From Bacilli bacterium (GTDB taxonomy: Bacteria > Bacillota_I > Bacilli_A > RFN20 > CAG-826), in the NCBI GenBank assembly GCA_049433705.1, contig JBMTFA010000002.1, positions 1 through 49,418 on the forward strand: a DNA stretch of 49,418 nt. Reading direction: 5' to 3'. Shown piece after piece: positions 24,726 through 34,502 of this stretch. Under the pieces are notes generated by a model. The model was not told where the DNA came from. It was given only the letters and a program-made list of their open reading frames with translations, and made no database searches. The position numbers and the translations under genes were made by a program. Numbering within the stretch: position 1 is the first letter of the stretch; every line of letters begins with the position of its first letter.

Positions 24726-27278
24726 TTACTTTAAATCATACCAAGTCGCAGCATATTTGCCTTCAACTACTAGGGGTACGTTTAATGGCAATGCCGTTTC
24801 CATGATTTCTTGAATGAGGGGCATGACACGTTCAAGTTCCGCTTTTGGAGTTTTAAAAATCAATTCATCGTGAATCGTCAAAATCAGCTGGGTGGCAAAC
24901 CCACCTTTGGTCAATGCTGCATCGACGTTGATCATCGCGAGCTTGAGTAAATCGGCCGCTGTGCCTTGAATGGGTGCATTCATCGCCGCGCGTTTGGCAA
25001 ATTCTCTGGCCTGAAAATTACTACCATTGATATCGCGTAAATACCGACGTCTTCCTAATAAAGTGGCCACGTATTTTTGTTCTTGTAAGGACGTAATCAC
25101 CGATTGCATGTACGTCTTGAGTTCTGGATAAGCCGTATAAAATGCTTCAATTAATCCTGCTGCTTCTTGGGGAGGAATCCCTAATTGCTCAGATAGACCC
25201 CAGGAAGAAATGCCATAAATTATTCCAAAGTTGACCGCTTTCGCTTGCCGCCTCATTAACGGGGTTACTTCGCCACCATGGGCAAATAACCGCTGGGCGG
25301 TTAAGGCATGAATATCCATTTGCTGACGAAACGCATCGATTAAACTTTGACATTGGGCAAGTTCAGCCAAAATCCGTAATTCAACTTGTGAGTAGTCAAA
25401 GGAAAGGAAAACTTCCTGATCGTTGGGATAATAAAATGCTTTACGAATCAATTTTGTTTCTTCATCTTTGACGGCAATATTTTGAATATTGGGATCATAA
25501 GAAGCAATGCGACCCGTGGTGGTTTGCGCTTGCAAAAAGATCGGATGTAATTTCCCATCTGGAAAGGCTACTTCCGGCAAGGCTTTAACATAAGTGGATT
25601 GCAGTTTTGCAAATTTCCGATATTCCAAGATTAAGGGTAAAGCAGGATGCAGAGATGCAAGTTGCTTTAAAACTTCTGCATTCGTTGATCCTTTTTTGGG
25701 GTTAGGTAAATGCAATTGTTGAAATAAAATCTCACTTAATTGTTTCGGACTATCAAGGTTAAACGTTTGACCAATGGCCGCGAAAATATCCGTTTTTAAT
25801 TGATTGATTTTGGTCTCAAGGGTTGCTTCCATTGATTTTAAATACGTCACATCAATCGGCATCCCTTCCCATTCCATTTTTGCTAAGACTTTCGCCAAAG
25901 GAAATTCAATATCATACACAATTTTTTCTAATTGTTTTTCCCTTAAAGCTTGAACAAGGGTTTCCCGATAAGTGGGTAAAAATTGAGCAATCTGGATGGA
26001 TTGTTCTAAGAGGTTTTCTTGTAAGGCCAATCCTGCTTGGGTTAATACCGATTGGCGGTTGAGCAAAGGGGTTTCTTCTAAGGCATATGCTGCCAGCATG
26101 CAATCAAAATATGGCCCCTTTAACGTGAAACCATGTCGCCGTAAAAGCACCGCAAGTTGCTTATAGTCATACACAAGTTTTTCGATGCTAGGATTCGCTA
26201 GCAATGCTTGAAATTGCGCATCCTTTAAACTTGCATCAAGCGGAAGCACGTAGGTTTGCTGTAAGAAATGAACGACCCAACCTTCTAAAGGTTGTTGAAA
26301 ATAATTGCCTTCTTTGATGAGGGGGATGATGACCACGCGATCGGTTGATAACGTAGCAAGCGCATCGACTCGCTCATAAACAAGTGGGGCTGGTGGGACT
26401 TGCTTCTCACTTTGAAAACGGCCAAGAAGCGAGGTCATTTCATATTGTTGAACGAACGCTTGGAAGACTTCGGGTTGGATGCCTTGATAATGCGTGGCAT
26501 CGATGGTAAAGGGTAAGGCCATATCGGTATGAATCACCGCGAGTTTTTTTGAAAGAATACCCGACGCTTGGTGTTGGACTAAATTTTCTGCCACTTTCCC
26601 TTTCATCGTTGGTGCCGCGGCAAGTATATTTTCAAAAGTTTGATGTGCTTGTAATAATTTAACGGCGGTCTTTTCCCCAATCCCAGGAATGCCAGGAAGG
26701 TTATCACTCGCGTCGCCAACCAACCCTTTATAATCGGTGACTTGTTCAGGGGTAATGCCATAAGTACTGATGACTTTTTCACGGGTCATTTTTTCCATTT
26801 GGCTAACACCCTGCTTAATCATATTGACCGTAATGCCAGGTTGAACCAATTGTAAAAAATCACGATCAGATGTATAAATTTCCACATCATAACCGGCTTT
26901 TAATCCAAGCATCGCCGCCGTACCAGCAACGTCATCTCCTTCAAATCCATCTTGTTCAAAGGTGAAGATATTTAAAGCTTTGAGTAAGTCTCTAGCGATG
27001 GCAAATTGAGGAATTAAATCCTCAGGGACTGGTTTACGATGGGCTTTATAACTTTCGAGTTCTTGATGCCGAAAGGTTTTTTCTCCTGTATCAAAAGCGA
27101 CAAGGATATGCACATGATCGGCAACTGGAAATAAGATCTTTTGCAGCATGTTAGCAAAGACATATACCGCATTGGTAGGAATTCCTTTGCTCGTGGTGAG
27201 TTTGGCACCGCTATAAGCAGAGGCAAAATAGGCGCGAAATAATAAGGCGTTGCCATCAATGATTTTTAGAACTTTCAT
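24726..27278 (-). CDS. polA: DNA polymerase I
   Basis: 850 aa with an N-terminal 5'-nuclease domain. Family A polymerase motifs are present: DYSQVELRILA, RRQAKAVNFGIIYG and TIHDELIF. Confidence 0.97.
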   Translation of the reverse strand: MKVLKIIDGNALLFRAYFASAYSGAKLTTSKGIPTNAVYVFANMLQKILFPVADHVHILVAFDTGEKTFRHQELESYKAHRKPVPEDLIPQFAIARDLLKALNIFTFEQDGFEGDDVAGTAAMLGLKAGYDVEIYTSDRDFLQLVQPGITVNMIKQGVSQMEKMTREKVISTYGITPEQVTDYKGLVGDASDNLPGIPGIGEKTAVKLLQAHQTFENILAAAPTMKGKVAENLVQHQASGILSKKLAVIHTDMALPFTIDATHYQGIQPEVFQAFVQQYEMTSLLGRFQSEKQVPPAPLVYERVDALATLSTDRVVIIPLIKEGNYFQQPLEGWVVHFLQQTYVLPLDASLKDAQFQALLANPSIEKLVYDYKQLAVLLRRHGFTLKGPYFDCMLAAYALEETPLLNRQSVLTQAGLALQENLLEQSIQIAQFLPTYRETLVQALREKQLEKIVYDIEFPLAKVLAKMEWEGMPIDVTYLKSMEATLETKINQLKTDIFAAIGQTFNLDSPKQLSEILFQQLHLPNPKKGSTNAEVLKQLASLHPALPLILEYRKFAKLQSTYVKALPEVAFPDGKLHPIFLQAQTTTGRIASYDPNIQNIAVKDEETKLIRKAFYYPNDQEVFLSFDYSQVELRILAELAQCQSLIDAFRQQMDIHALTAQRLFAHGGEVTPLMRRQAKAVNFGIIYGISSWGLSEQLGIPPQEAAGLIEAFYTAYPELKTYMQSVITSLQEQKYVATLLGRRRYLRDINGSNFQAREFAKRAAMNAPIQGTAADLLKLAMINVDAALTKGGFATQLILTIHDELIFKTPKAELERVMPLIQEIMETALPLNVPLVVEGKYAATWYDLK

Positions 27279-30200
27279 GGTTTGATAATTTTGATTTGAT
27301 CCACCAGGAAGTTATCCGGTTTTGCTTGATCGAGCGTGCCAGCAACGACGATAAGTTGTCCTCGTTGTAATTGCGTTCCCACTTTTTCAAAAAGTTTTGG
27401 GAAGACGACTAACTCCATTTTATCGGTTTCATCATACATGGTGACAAATGCCATCGTTTGACCCGCTTTGGTTTTCACGACACGGATGGTGCGAATTAAT
27501 CCACCTGTTTGCACCACTTGATTCGATTTTTTCACCTCAAGGATCGTAGGGATTGCTTGGCCGACTTTTTGTTGCCGGTACGCCCCGAGAACGGATTGTG
27601 ACAAAATCATACCGGTCACATCGAGCTCTTTTTCAAGATTATCAAAAGCCGAATCTTCCGCTTCAACATATGCCATTTTTGGTAAGGAAGAAGGAGGGAT
27701 GAGCCCAGTTTGTTCATCAATAAAGGTTGCTTGAATCGCCGCATTTTTTAAAGCGTTGGGTAAGGTTGCCCTTAAGGTCGCCCGGGTCATGCCAAAGCCA
27801 TCATAGGCACCCGCATCAATCATCGCAAGGTGTTGATTGAGACTCACATTTAACGCATAAAGACGGGTCACACAATCAAAGAAGTCCTGGAATGGTCCGT
27901 GTTGTCTAACGCGGATGATGGCCTCAACCAAGGGTTGATTAATCCCCTTGAGTAAAGTTAACGGGGCCATCAAGGTTTGCTCGACCATCGTAAATTGCGT
28001 CGAGGGAGTTTGAATACTTGGGGGTGCAAGTTGAATCTTTAAACTTCGCAATTCATCAAAGTAGGCGAATAACTTGGTGTCGGAGGTTCCTGCAGAACTA
28101 TTGAGAATCGCTGCATAAAAGGCGTGCGGATAATATGTTTTTAAATAGGCCATTTGATACGTCAGGGTGGCATAGGCTACAGAATGTGATTTATTAAAAC
28201 CATAGTCAGCAAATTTTAAAATATGATTGTACACACTCAAGGCATGATCGGCTTTATAACCCTTGCTGACCGCCCCTTCAATAAATGCTTGCTTTAGCGA
28301 TAACATGGTTTCGCTATCTTTTTTAGATATCGCTCGCCGGAAATCATCGGCTTTCGCTAAGTCGAACCCGGCCATGGTTTGAGCAATTTGCATGATTTGT
28401 TCTTGATAGATGATGATGCCAAAGGTCGGATTGAGAATCGGTTTCAGCTGGTTATCTAAATAGGTAATCGGTTCACTGCCTTGTTTTCTTCGCGCATAGG
28501 TTTCAATATTGTCCATCGGACCAGGTCGGTATAAGGCAATTAAGCTGACTAAATCCGCAAAGCGATCGACTTGGATGGTTTTTATTGCTTGCTTCATGCC
28601 ATCCGATTCAAGTTGAAAGATTCCCATGTTTAAGCCCATGCGTAATAAGGCGTAAACTTGCGGATCTTCTCGATTAATTGATGATAAATCAAGCTGAATC
28701 CCTTGTCTTGATAACATCCCTAAACATTGTTCGATAATCGTTAAATTACGCAAACCAAGAATATCGATTTTTAAAAACCCTTGGGCTTCAAGGTGATTCA
28801 TCTCATACTGGGTGATGATTTTATTACCTTGGGTGATTAAAGGTAGACTTTCCGCTAACGAAGTTTGATTTAAAATCACCCCGGCAGCATGCATCCCTGA
28901 TTGGCGAATAAACCCTTCAATTTTATGCGCAAGTTTGACAATTTCTGCACATTCAGGATCTTCATTAAATAGTTTTTCAAAGGCAGGAATTTTCTTATAT
29001 GCTGAACGTAAATCAAGTTTGCCATCTCCTAATGCTTTGGATAGTAATTCAATGGAAGTAGAAGAAAATTTATAAATTCTTCCGACATCGCGAATGGCTT
29101 GTTTCGCTTGAATGGTTTGATAGGTAATAATATGACTCACGCGATCAGCGCCATATTTTTTCCGTAAATATTCAATGATTTTTTCCCGATCTTTATCGGC
29201 AAAATCTGTATCAATATCAGGCAAGCTTTTCCGTGAAGGATTTAAAAAACGTTCAAAGAGGAGTTGATGAGGAATCGGATCTATATCGGTAATGCCGAGC
29301 GCGTAAGCGACTAAACTACCAGGAGCAGAACCCCGCCCTGGACCAACAGGGATGCGTTGGCTTTTTGCAAATTGAATGAAATCCGCAACGATTAAAAAGT
29401 AATCCGCAAAGCCAAGACTTTCAATCATGGTTAATTCTTGGTCTAAGCGTTCTAAGTAAGTCATCTGCGAGAAATCAATCGGTCTTTTTTGTAGACCTTC
29501 AATCGCTTTTTCTCTCAATAAATCTTGACTATTTTGCTGAGGATTAAAGGTTAATAATTGACCACGTTTAACAAAAAAATTGAAGCGACAAGTAGCACTA
29601 ATATTAACTGTTTCCACAATTTCTTCGGGTAAATACCAGGATTGAATTTCTTCTTGGGTTGGTAAATATTGTGTTCCATTTTTTTCTTTTTCTAAGAGGG
29701 TTTCCCCTTGATGAATGGCTTGGAGCATATCCAAAATAATCGCATCCGCTGGTTTGCCATAACGTATATGAGGAAACGCAACAGTAGGATAGGTATATTG
29801 TTGTGCAAATTGGCGAATGGTTGCAATGGATTTATCATCTTCTTGCCGATAACGTTCAATGCCTATATAAGTTGATTTAATCCCTTTTAAATAAGTTTGT
29901 AAGTGCACCGCAATCGCGGCAAAGGGTTCTTGAAAGATCGTGCTTTGACCACTAGAAATGACCGCAACAATATGGTCTTCACCAGCAGGGAATCGCCATG
30001 TATCGACTTTACCTTGCTGCGCAAGATGGCTTAAGTGAATCAGCGTCCGATAGCCGATTTCATCCTTGGCAAAAAAGGTGACGAGTAATTTGGGGTAAAC
30101 AATATCGATCCCAATCAAGGATTGGATTTTATTTTTCTTGGTAAGGGTAGCAAATTCAGGAACACCAAAGAGAACTTGGTGATCGGCTAGGCCGGCAACG

Positions 30201-30298
30201 GTGTAGTGCTTTTCTTTGAGTGCAGAAATGAGGCGGTCCATTGTGAAACCACTGGATAAAAAAGAGTACGAACTAGTAAGATGTAGTGGAATAAACAC
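27275..30298 (-). CDS. dnaE: DNA polymerase III alpha subunit (DnaE type)
   Basis: 1007 aa with an N-terminal PHP domain, a polymerase core (GFLKIDILGLRNL, FNKSHSVAYA) and a C-terminal OB fold. It has a GTG start with GAGGAG upstream and an ATGA overlap with polA. Confidence 0.95.
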   Translation of the reverse strand: MFIPLHLTSSYSFLSSGFTMDRLISALKEKHYTVAGLADHQVLFGVPEFATLTKKNKIQSLIGIDIVYPKLLVTFFAKDEIGYRTLIHLSHLAQQGKVDTWRFPAGEDHIVAVISSGQSTIFQEPFAAIAVHLQTYLKGIKSTYIGIERYRQEDDKSIATIRQFAQQYTYPTVAFPHIRYGKPADAIILDMLQAIHQGETLLEKEKNGTQYLPTQEEIQSWYLPEEIVETVNISATCRFNFFVKRGQLLTFNPQQNSQDLLREKAIEGLQKRPIDFSQMTYLERLDQELTMIESLGFADYFLIVADFIQFAKSQRIPVGPGRGSAPGSLVAYALGITDIDPIPHQLLFERFLNPSRKSLPDIDTDFADKDREKIIEYLRKKYGADRVSHIITYQTIQAKQAIRDVGRIYKFSSTSIELLSKALGDGKLDLRSAYKKIPAFEKLFNEDPECAEIVKLAHKIEGFIRQSGMHAAGVILNQTSLAESLPLITQGNKIITQYEMNHLEAQGFLKIDILGLRNLTIIEQCLGMLSRQGIQLDLSSINREDPQVYALLRMGLNMGIFQLESDGMKQAIKTIQVDRFADLVSLIALYRPGPMDNIETYARRKQGSEPITYLDNQLKPILNPTFGIIIYQEQIMQIAQTMAGFDLAKADDFRRAISKKDSETMLSLKQAFIEGAVSKGYKADHALSVYNHILKFADYGFNKSHSVAYATLTYQMAYLKTYYPHAFYAAILNSSAGTSDTKLFAYFDELRSLKIQLAPPSIQTPSTQFTMVEQTLMAPLTLLKGINQPLVEAIIRVRQHGPFQDFFDCVTRLYALNVSLNQHLAMIDAGAYDGFGMTRATLRATLPNALKNAAIQATFIDEQTGLIPPSSLPKMAYVEAEDSAFDNLEKELDVTGMILSQSVLGAYRQQKVGQAIPTILEVKKSNQVVQTGGLIRTIRVVKTKAGQTMAFVTMYDETDKMELVVFPKLFEKVGTQLQRGQLIVVAGTLDQAKPDNFLVDQIKIIKP

Positions 30299-30361
30299 GG
30301 TACTCTCCTCATTACTAAAAGCATAGCATATTTGCTGGTAGTCGTCATTGAAAAGATGCGA

Positions 30362-31345
30362 TTATTTCAATAATTTATCTAAATCGGCAATGAATGTCGG
30401 TAATTGGTCTAAACTCGCGAGTTTGCAACCACTGGCTTGGGCGTGTCCGCCACCTTGATATTTTTGCGCAACTTGATTGATTGTCACTTTTTTACTGCGA
30501 AGCGAGACGCGCCAAACATGATCTTTTGGATCCTCACTAATCGAGCACCAAATATGCACATCTTTGATGTTGCTAAAAAGGTTAACGTTATCCTTACCTT
30601 GACTGGCAAGCATTCCTAATGCTTTTTGTTCTTTTTCTGAAAGCACATAATAAGCCACGCCTTTTTTCGACACTTGATAATGATTCAATAAATAGGCGGT
30701 GACTTTGAGATCATCGAGGGTCTTTTCATACATCTTCAAGTACACATCATCATGTGCATTGATTCCCGTTTCAAGCAGAGTTTTTGCAATCGCAAAGGTT
30801 TGTGGGGTAGTAGACTTGTACATAAATCGACCGGAGTCACCAGCAATCCCAGAATAAAAATACGTTGCGGCTTTTTTCGTTAATTTATATTTTTTGCCAT
30901 AAACCTCAAGCATTTTCATCCAAAGTTCTGAGGCAGCACAGGCATCGGTTTCAACTAAACATATATCCCCATATGGGTTGACATTCGGGTGATGATCAAC
31001 TTTAATGATCATGCCACCTTGATCGTGACGCTTACCATCAATGCGATCAATATTGGCCGTGTCCACAACTAAACATAAGGTTTTTTTATCAAAAAATTTA
31101 TTCGATACTTTTTGCATTTTTGGGTATAGTCTTGGGGTAAAACTTGGATGATCTTCCCCGACGACTTTCACTTGTTTAAGTGGAAAATTATCCTTAATCC
31201 AAGTAGCAACACCCCATTGTGTTCCAAGGGCATCAAAGTCAGGAATAATGTGGCGGAAAACAACAATTTTAGGGTATTTTTTGATTGCGGTTAAAATTGC
31301 TAAGTAAACGTCTTGATTGTTTTTAGGATTTTTCAATGAGGGCAT
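30362..31345 (-). CDS. nrnA: DHH/DHHA1 phosphoesterase, NrnA-like oligoribonuclease/pAp phosphatase
   Basis: 327 aa with motifs HIIPDFDALG, VVDTAN, KVDHHPN and GGGHAQASG. Confidence 0.8.
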   Translation of the reverse strand: MPSLKNPKNNQDVYLAILTAIKKYPKIVVFRHIIPDFDALGTQWGVATWIKDNFPLKQVKVVGEDHPSFTPRLYPKMQKVSNKFFDKKTLCLVVDTANIDRIDGKRHDQGGMIIKVDHHPNVNPYGDICLVETDACAASELWMKMLEVYGKKYKLTKKAATYFYSGIAGDSGRFMYKSTTPQTFAIAKTLLETGINAHDDVYLKMYEKTLDDLKVTAYLLNHYQVSKKGVAYYVLSEKEQKALGMLASQGKDNVNLFSNIKDVHIWCSISEDPKDHVWRVSLRSKKVTINQVAQKYQGGGHAQASGCKLASLDQLPTFIADLDKLLK

Positions 31346-32519
31346 AAGTATCCTTTACTATCATGAGTTCTTCATTCGTGGGAATCACCATGGCTGCGAC
31401 CTTACTTTCAGGTTTGGTAATCAGGGCAATTTTTCCACGGGTGGCTTGATTGACCACCGTATCTTCAACGATGCCTAAGGCATCTTTCACTTCTTCTAAA
31501 ATTAGGTGGCGATAAAAACCGGAATTTTCACCAATCCCTGCGGAGAAAACGAGGAGTTCTGCTCCCCCAAGCCGAACATGGTATTGACCAATAAAGTCAG
31601 CAATTCGCCGTACAAATAATTGATTGGCCAATTGCACTTGTGGATCACCCTTTAAGTGAGCCGCTTCTAAATCGCGGGAATCGGACGAAAGTTTAGACAA
31701 TCCAAGTAAGCCACTCTTTTTGTTAAACAATTCATAAATTTGTTCGTGGGTTTGCCCCGTTTTTAAGGCGGCAAAATGTAAGACGCTTGGATCAATATCC
31801 CCAGTACGTGTGCCCATCATGATGCCGCCTAATGGGGTTAATCCCATTGAGGTTGCAACCACTTTGCCATTTTTGATCGCGGCTAATGAAGCCCCGGAAC
31901 CTAAATGAATGGTAATGATATTTGGGTTTGCTTTTAATGTGAAATGTTGTTTCACTTGTAAACTTAAGTACTTATGGGAAGTACCATGGAACCCATACCG
32001 TCTTAGATCATACTTTTCATAGAGTTCGTAGGGAATCGGAAATAAAAAATCTTGTGGCACCATGGTTTGATGAAAGGCCGTATCAAATACCGCGACATTC
32101 TTTACCTTCGGTAAAATTGCCTGAAACGCTTCAATCCCACTGAGATTTGGCCCGTTATGTAATGGTGCTAATGGAATGAATTCCTTAACCTTTGCCACAA
32201 CATCGTCATTGATGATGACACTATCGAAGAAGTACTTACCACCCTGAACTACCCGGTGACCCACGCCTTTGATTTCTTCAAAACTTTGAATCACTTTTTT
32301 ATCCAAAAGGTTTTGAATTAATAATTTAACCCCAGCTTGATGATTCGGAATGGGTGTATCCATACTAAATTTTTCTTGACCAATCGTTAAAGAAAACGTC
32401 CCTTGCGCTTGGCCAATTCGATCTGCCATACCAGAACAAATTAAGGTTTCTGAAGGCATATCATAAAGCTTAAATTTTAGACTACTACTTCCCGCATTAA
32501 CGGCAATGATTTTATGCAT
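31323..32519 (-). CDS. ackA: acetate kinase
   Basis: 398 aa starting IIAVNAGSSSLKFKLY, with RYGFHGTSH and AGIGENS. Confidence 0.95.
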   Translation of the reverse strand: MHKIIAVNAGSSSLKFKLYDMPSETLICSGMADRIGQAQGTFSLTIGQEKFSMDTPIPNHQAGVKLLIQNLLDKKVIQSFEEIKGVGHRVVQGGKYFFDSVIINDDVVAKVKEFIPLAPLHNGPNLSGIEAFQAILPKVKNVAVFDTAFHQTMVPQDFLFPIPYELYEKYDLRRYGFHGTSHKYLSLQVKQHFTLKANPNIITIHLGSGASLAAIKNGKVVATSMGLTPLGGIMMGTRTGDIDPSVLHFAALKTGQTHEQIYELFNKKSGLLGLSKLSSDSRDLEAAHLKGDPQVQLANQLFVRRIADFIGQYHVRLGGAELLVFSAGIGENSGFYRHLILEEVKDALGIVEDTVVNQATRGKIALITKPESKVAAMVIPTNEELMIVKDTYALIEKS

Positions 32520-32578
32520 CGAAATTTACTTCTTTCCTTTGGAATTATACCGAAAACTTGAGCGATAAGGAAATAGAA

Positions 32579-34498
32579 ATGACCAATTTTTTTAAAAAAA
32601 TAAAAAGCAGTATAATTAAGGGGATGGCTAAAAAGGATATCACCCAATCATTTTTCAATTTCGGGTCGTTTCACGGATTTGAATATTTTGGGGTTCATCC
32701 ACATACCAAAACAAGCCAAGGCAAAAAACAAAAAGGGTTTATCTTTCGCCTGTACGCTCCTAATGCAACCGATGTTTGCGTGGTCGGAGATTTTAATGGA
32801 TGGAAAAGTCAAAAAAACCCTTTGAAAAAAATTCACCCTTGGGGAATTTTTGAGGTCTTTATTTCGGATGCTAAACTAGGTGATCGTTATAAATACCAAT
32901 TCAAGAATATTTATGGGGTCATGGTTCAAAAAGCTGATCCCTATGCATTTGCAGCAGAATTACGCCCAGCGTCCGCCAGTGTGATTGCCGATTACCGCGG
33001 TTACCGATGGCATGATCAAGCATATCTTGCGGATCGGACTCGTAATTTCGATCGGCCAATGTCCATTTATGAAGTGCACATGGGCAGTTGGAAAAAGCCT
33101 GATTCTCAGGAGTTTTATTCTTACGAAGAGATGGCATCACAATTAATTCCTTATGTCAAAGCGCATGGTTTTACCCATATTGAAATCATGCCGCTTACCC
33201 AACATCCTTTTGATGGTTCTTGGGGCTATCAAGCCACTGGTTTTTTTGCTGTTGATTCGCGTTATGGTTCCTTAAAAGGATTCAAGAAATTTGTTGATCA
33301 GTGTCACCAGCATGGGATTGGGGTCATCTTAGATTTTGTCGTCGTCCATTTTGCCAATGATGGATTTGGTCTTCATGAATTTGATGGCAGTAAGCTATAT
33401 GAATATTTTGATCCAAGTCGAACATTCTCCCAATGGGGTTCGCCCCAATTTGATTTAGGGAATCCGATTGTTCGTAGTTTTTTATTTAGTAGCATCCATT
33501 ATTTTATTGCCAACTTTCATCTAGATGGCATTCGCATTGATGCGGTGAGCAACATTGTCTATTGGGATGGTAACTCACAAAAAGGGGAAAATCGCGGTGG
33601 CATTAGTTTCATCCGGGATTTAAATGCTTTTATTCATCAGGAATATCCTTCGGTGATGACGATTGCTGAAGATTCCACTGCCTTTAGTGGTGTGACGCGA
33701 AAAGTCGAACATGGTGGATTAGGGTTTGACTATAAGTGGGATATGGGATGGATGAATGATACGTTGAAATATTATGGTGTCGACTTTATCTTCAAATATT
33801 ATGATCATCATAAACTGACCTTCTCGATGCATTATTTTTATGCTGAAAATTTTATGTTACCCCTTTCCCATGATGAAGTGGTGCATGGCAAAGGGACGAT
33901 TTTGAATAAGATGTGGGGCAATTATGATGAAAAATTTGCCTTATTAAGAAACCTCTATGCGTATCAATGGATTCATCCAGGAAAGAAACTTACATTTATG
34001 GGGAATGAATTTGCTTCATTTGATGAATGGAATGAAAAGAAATCATTACCTTGGTTTTTTACCCAATATCTTAAACACGATGCGGTTCGCCAATTAATCA
34101 AGGACCTAAATAACCTTTATCAAAAAGAAAAGCCATTACATATCGAAGAGCATAATCCTAACCATTTTCGCTGGTTAATGGTGGATAATCGTCAAGATAA
34201 TATCTATGCCTTTGAACGAAAACTTAACAATGAATCAATAATAATAGTGTTAAATATGAAAGGTAATTACTATAATAATTATGATATCGGTGTTTATGAC
34301 CCTGGTGTCTATGTCGAAGTCCTTAACACCGATCACGAACATTATGGTGGTTGGCACCGGACTAATCTTTCTCCCCTAAAGGTGAAGGCTGAACCTGGTC
34401 CAGAAGGTCGTCCCTATCGTTTATCGCTCACCATTGGTTCGTTCGCTGCCGTCATTCTTAAAAAAATTAGCGACCCAGTCGCCCCCTTAAAGGAGTAA
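32579..34498 (+). CDS. glgB: 1,4-alpha-glucan branching enzyme
   Basis: GH13 motifs VILDFVVVHF, DGIRIDAV, MTIAEDST and LPLSHDEVVHGK, plus an N-terminal CBM48-like region. The ATG at 32579 has AAGGAA 6 nt upstream and is preferred over the TTG at 32558. Confidence 0.93.
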   Translation: MTNFFKKIKSSIIKGMAKKDITQSFFNFGSFHGFEYFGVHPHTKTSQGKKQKGFIFRLYAPNATDVCVVGDFNGWKSQKNPLKKIHPWGIFEVFISDAKLGDRYKYQFKNIYGVMVQKADPYAFAAELRPASASVIADYRGYRWHDQAYLADRTRNFDRPMSIYEVHMGSWKKPDSQEFYSYEEMASQLIPYVKAHGFTHIEIMPLTQHPFDGSWGYQATGFFAVDSRYGSLKGFKKFVDQCHQHGIGVILDFVVVHFANDGFGLHEFDGSKLYEYFDPSRTFSQWGSPQFDLGNPIVRSFLFSSIHYFIANFHLDGIRIDAVSNIVYWDGNSQKGENRGGISFIRDLNAFIHQEYPSVMTIAEDSTAFSGVTRKVEHGGLGFDYKWDMGWMNDTLKYYGVDFIFKYYDHHKLTFSMHYFYAENFMLPLSHDEVVHGKGTILNKMWGNYDEKFALLRNLYAYQWIHPGKKLTFMGNEFASFDEWNEKKSLPWFFTQYLKHDAVRQLIKDLNNLYQKEKPLHIEEHNPNHFRWLMVDNRQDNIYAFERKLNNESIIIVLNMKGNYYNNYDIGVYDPGVYVEVLNTDHEHYGGWHRTNLSPLKVKAEPGPEGRPYRLSLTIGSFAAVILKKISDPVAPLKE

Positions 34499-34502
34499 GT
34501 GT

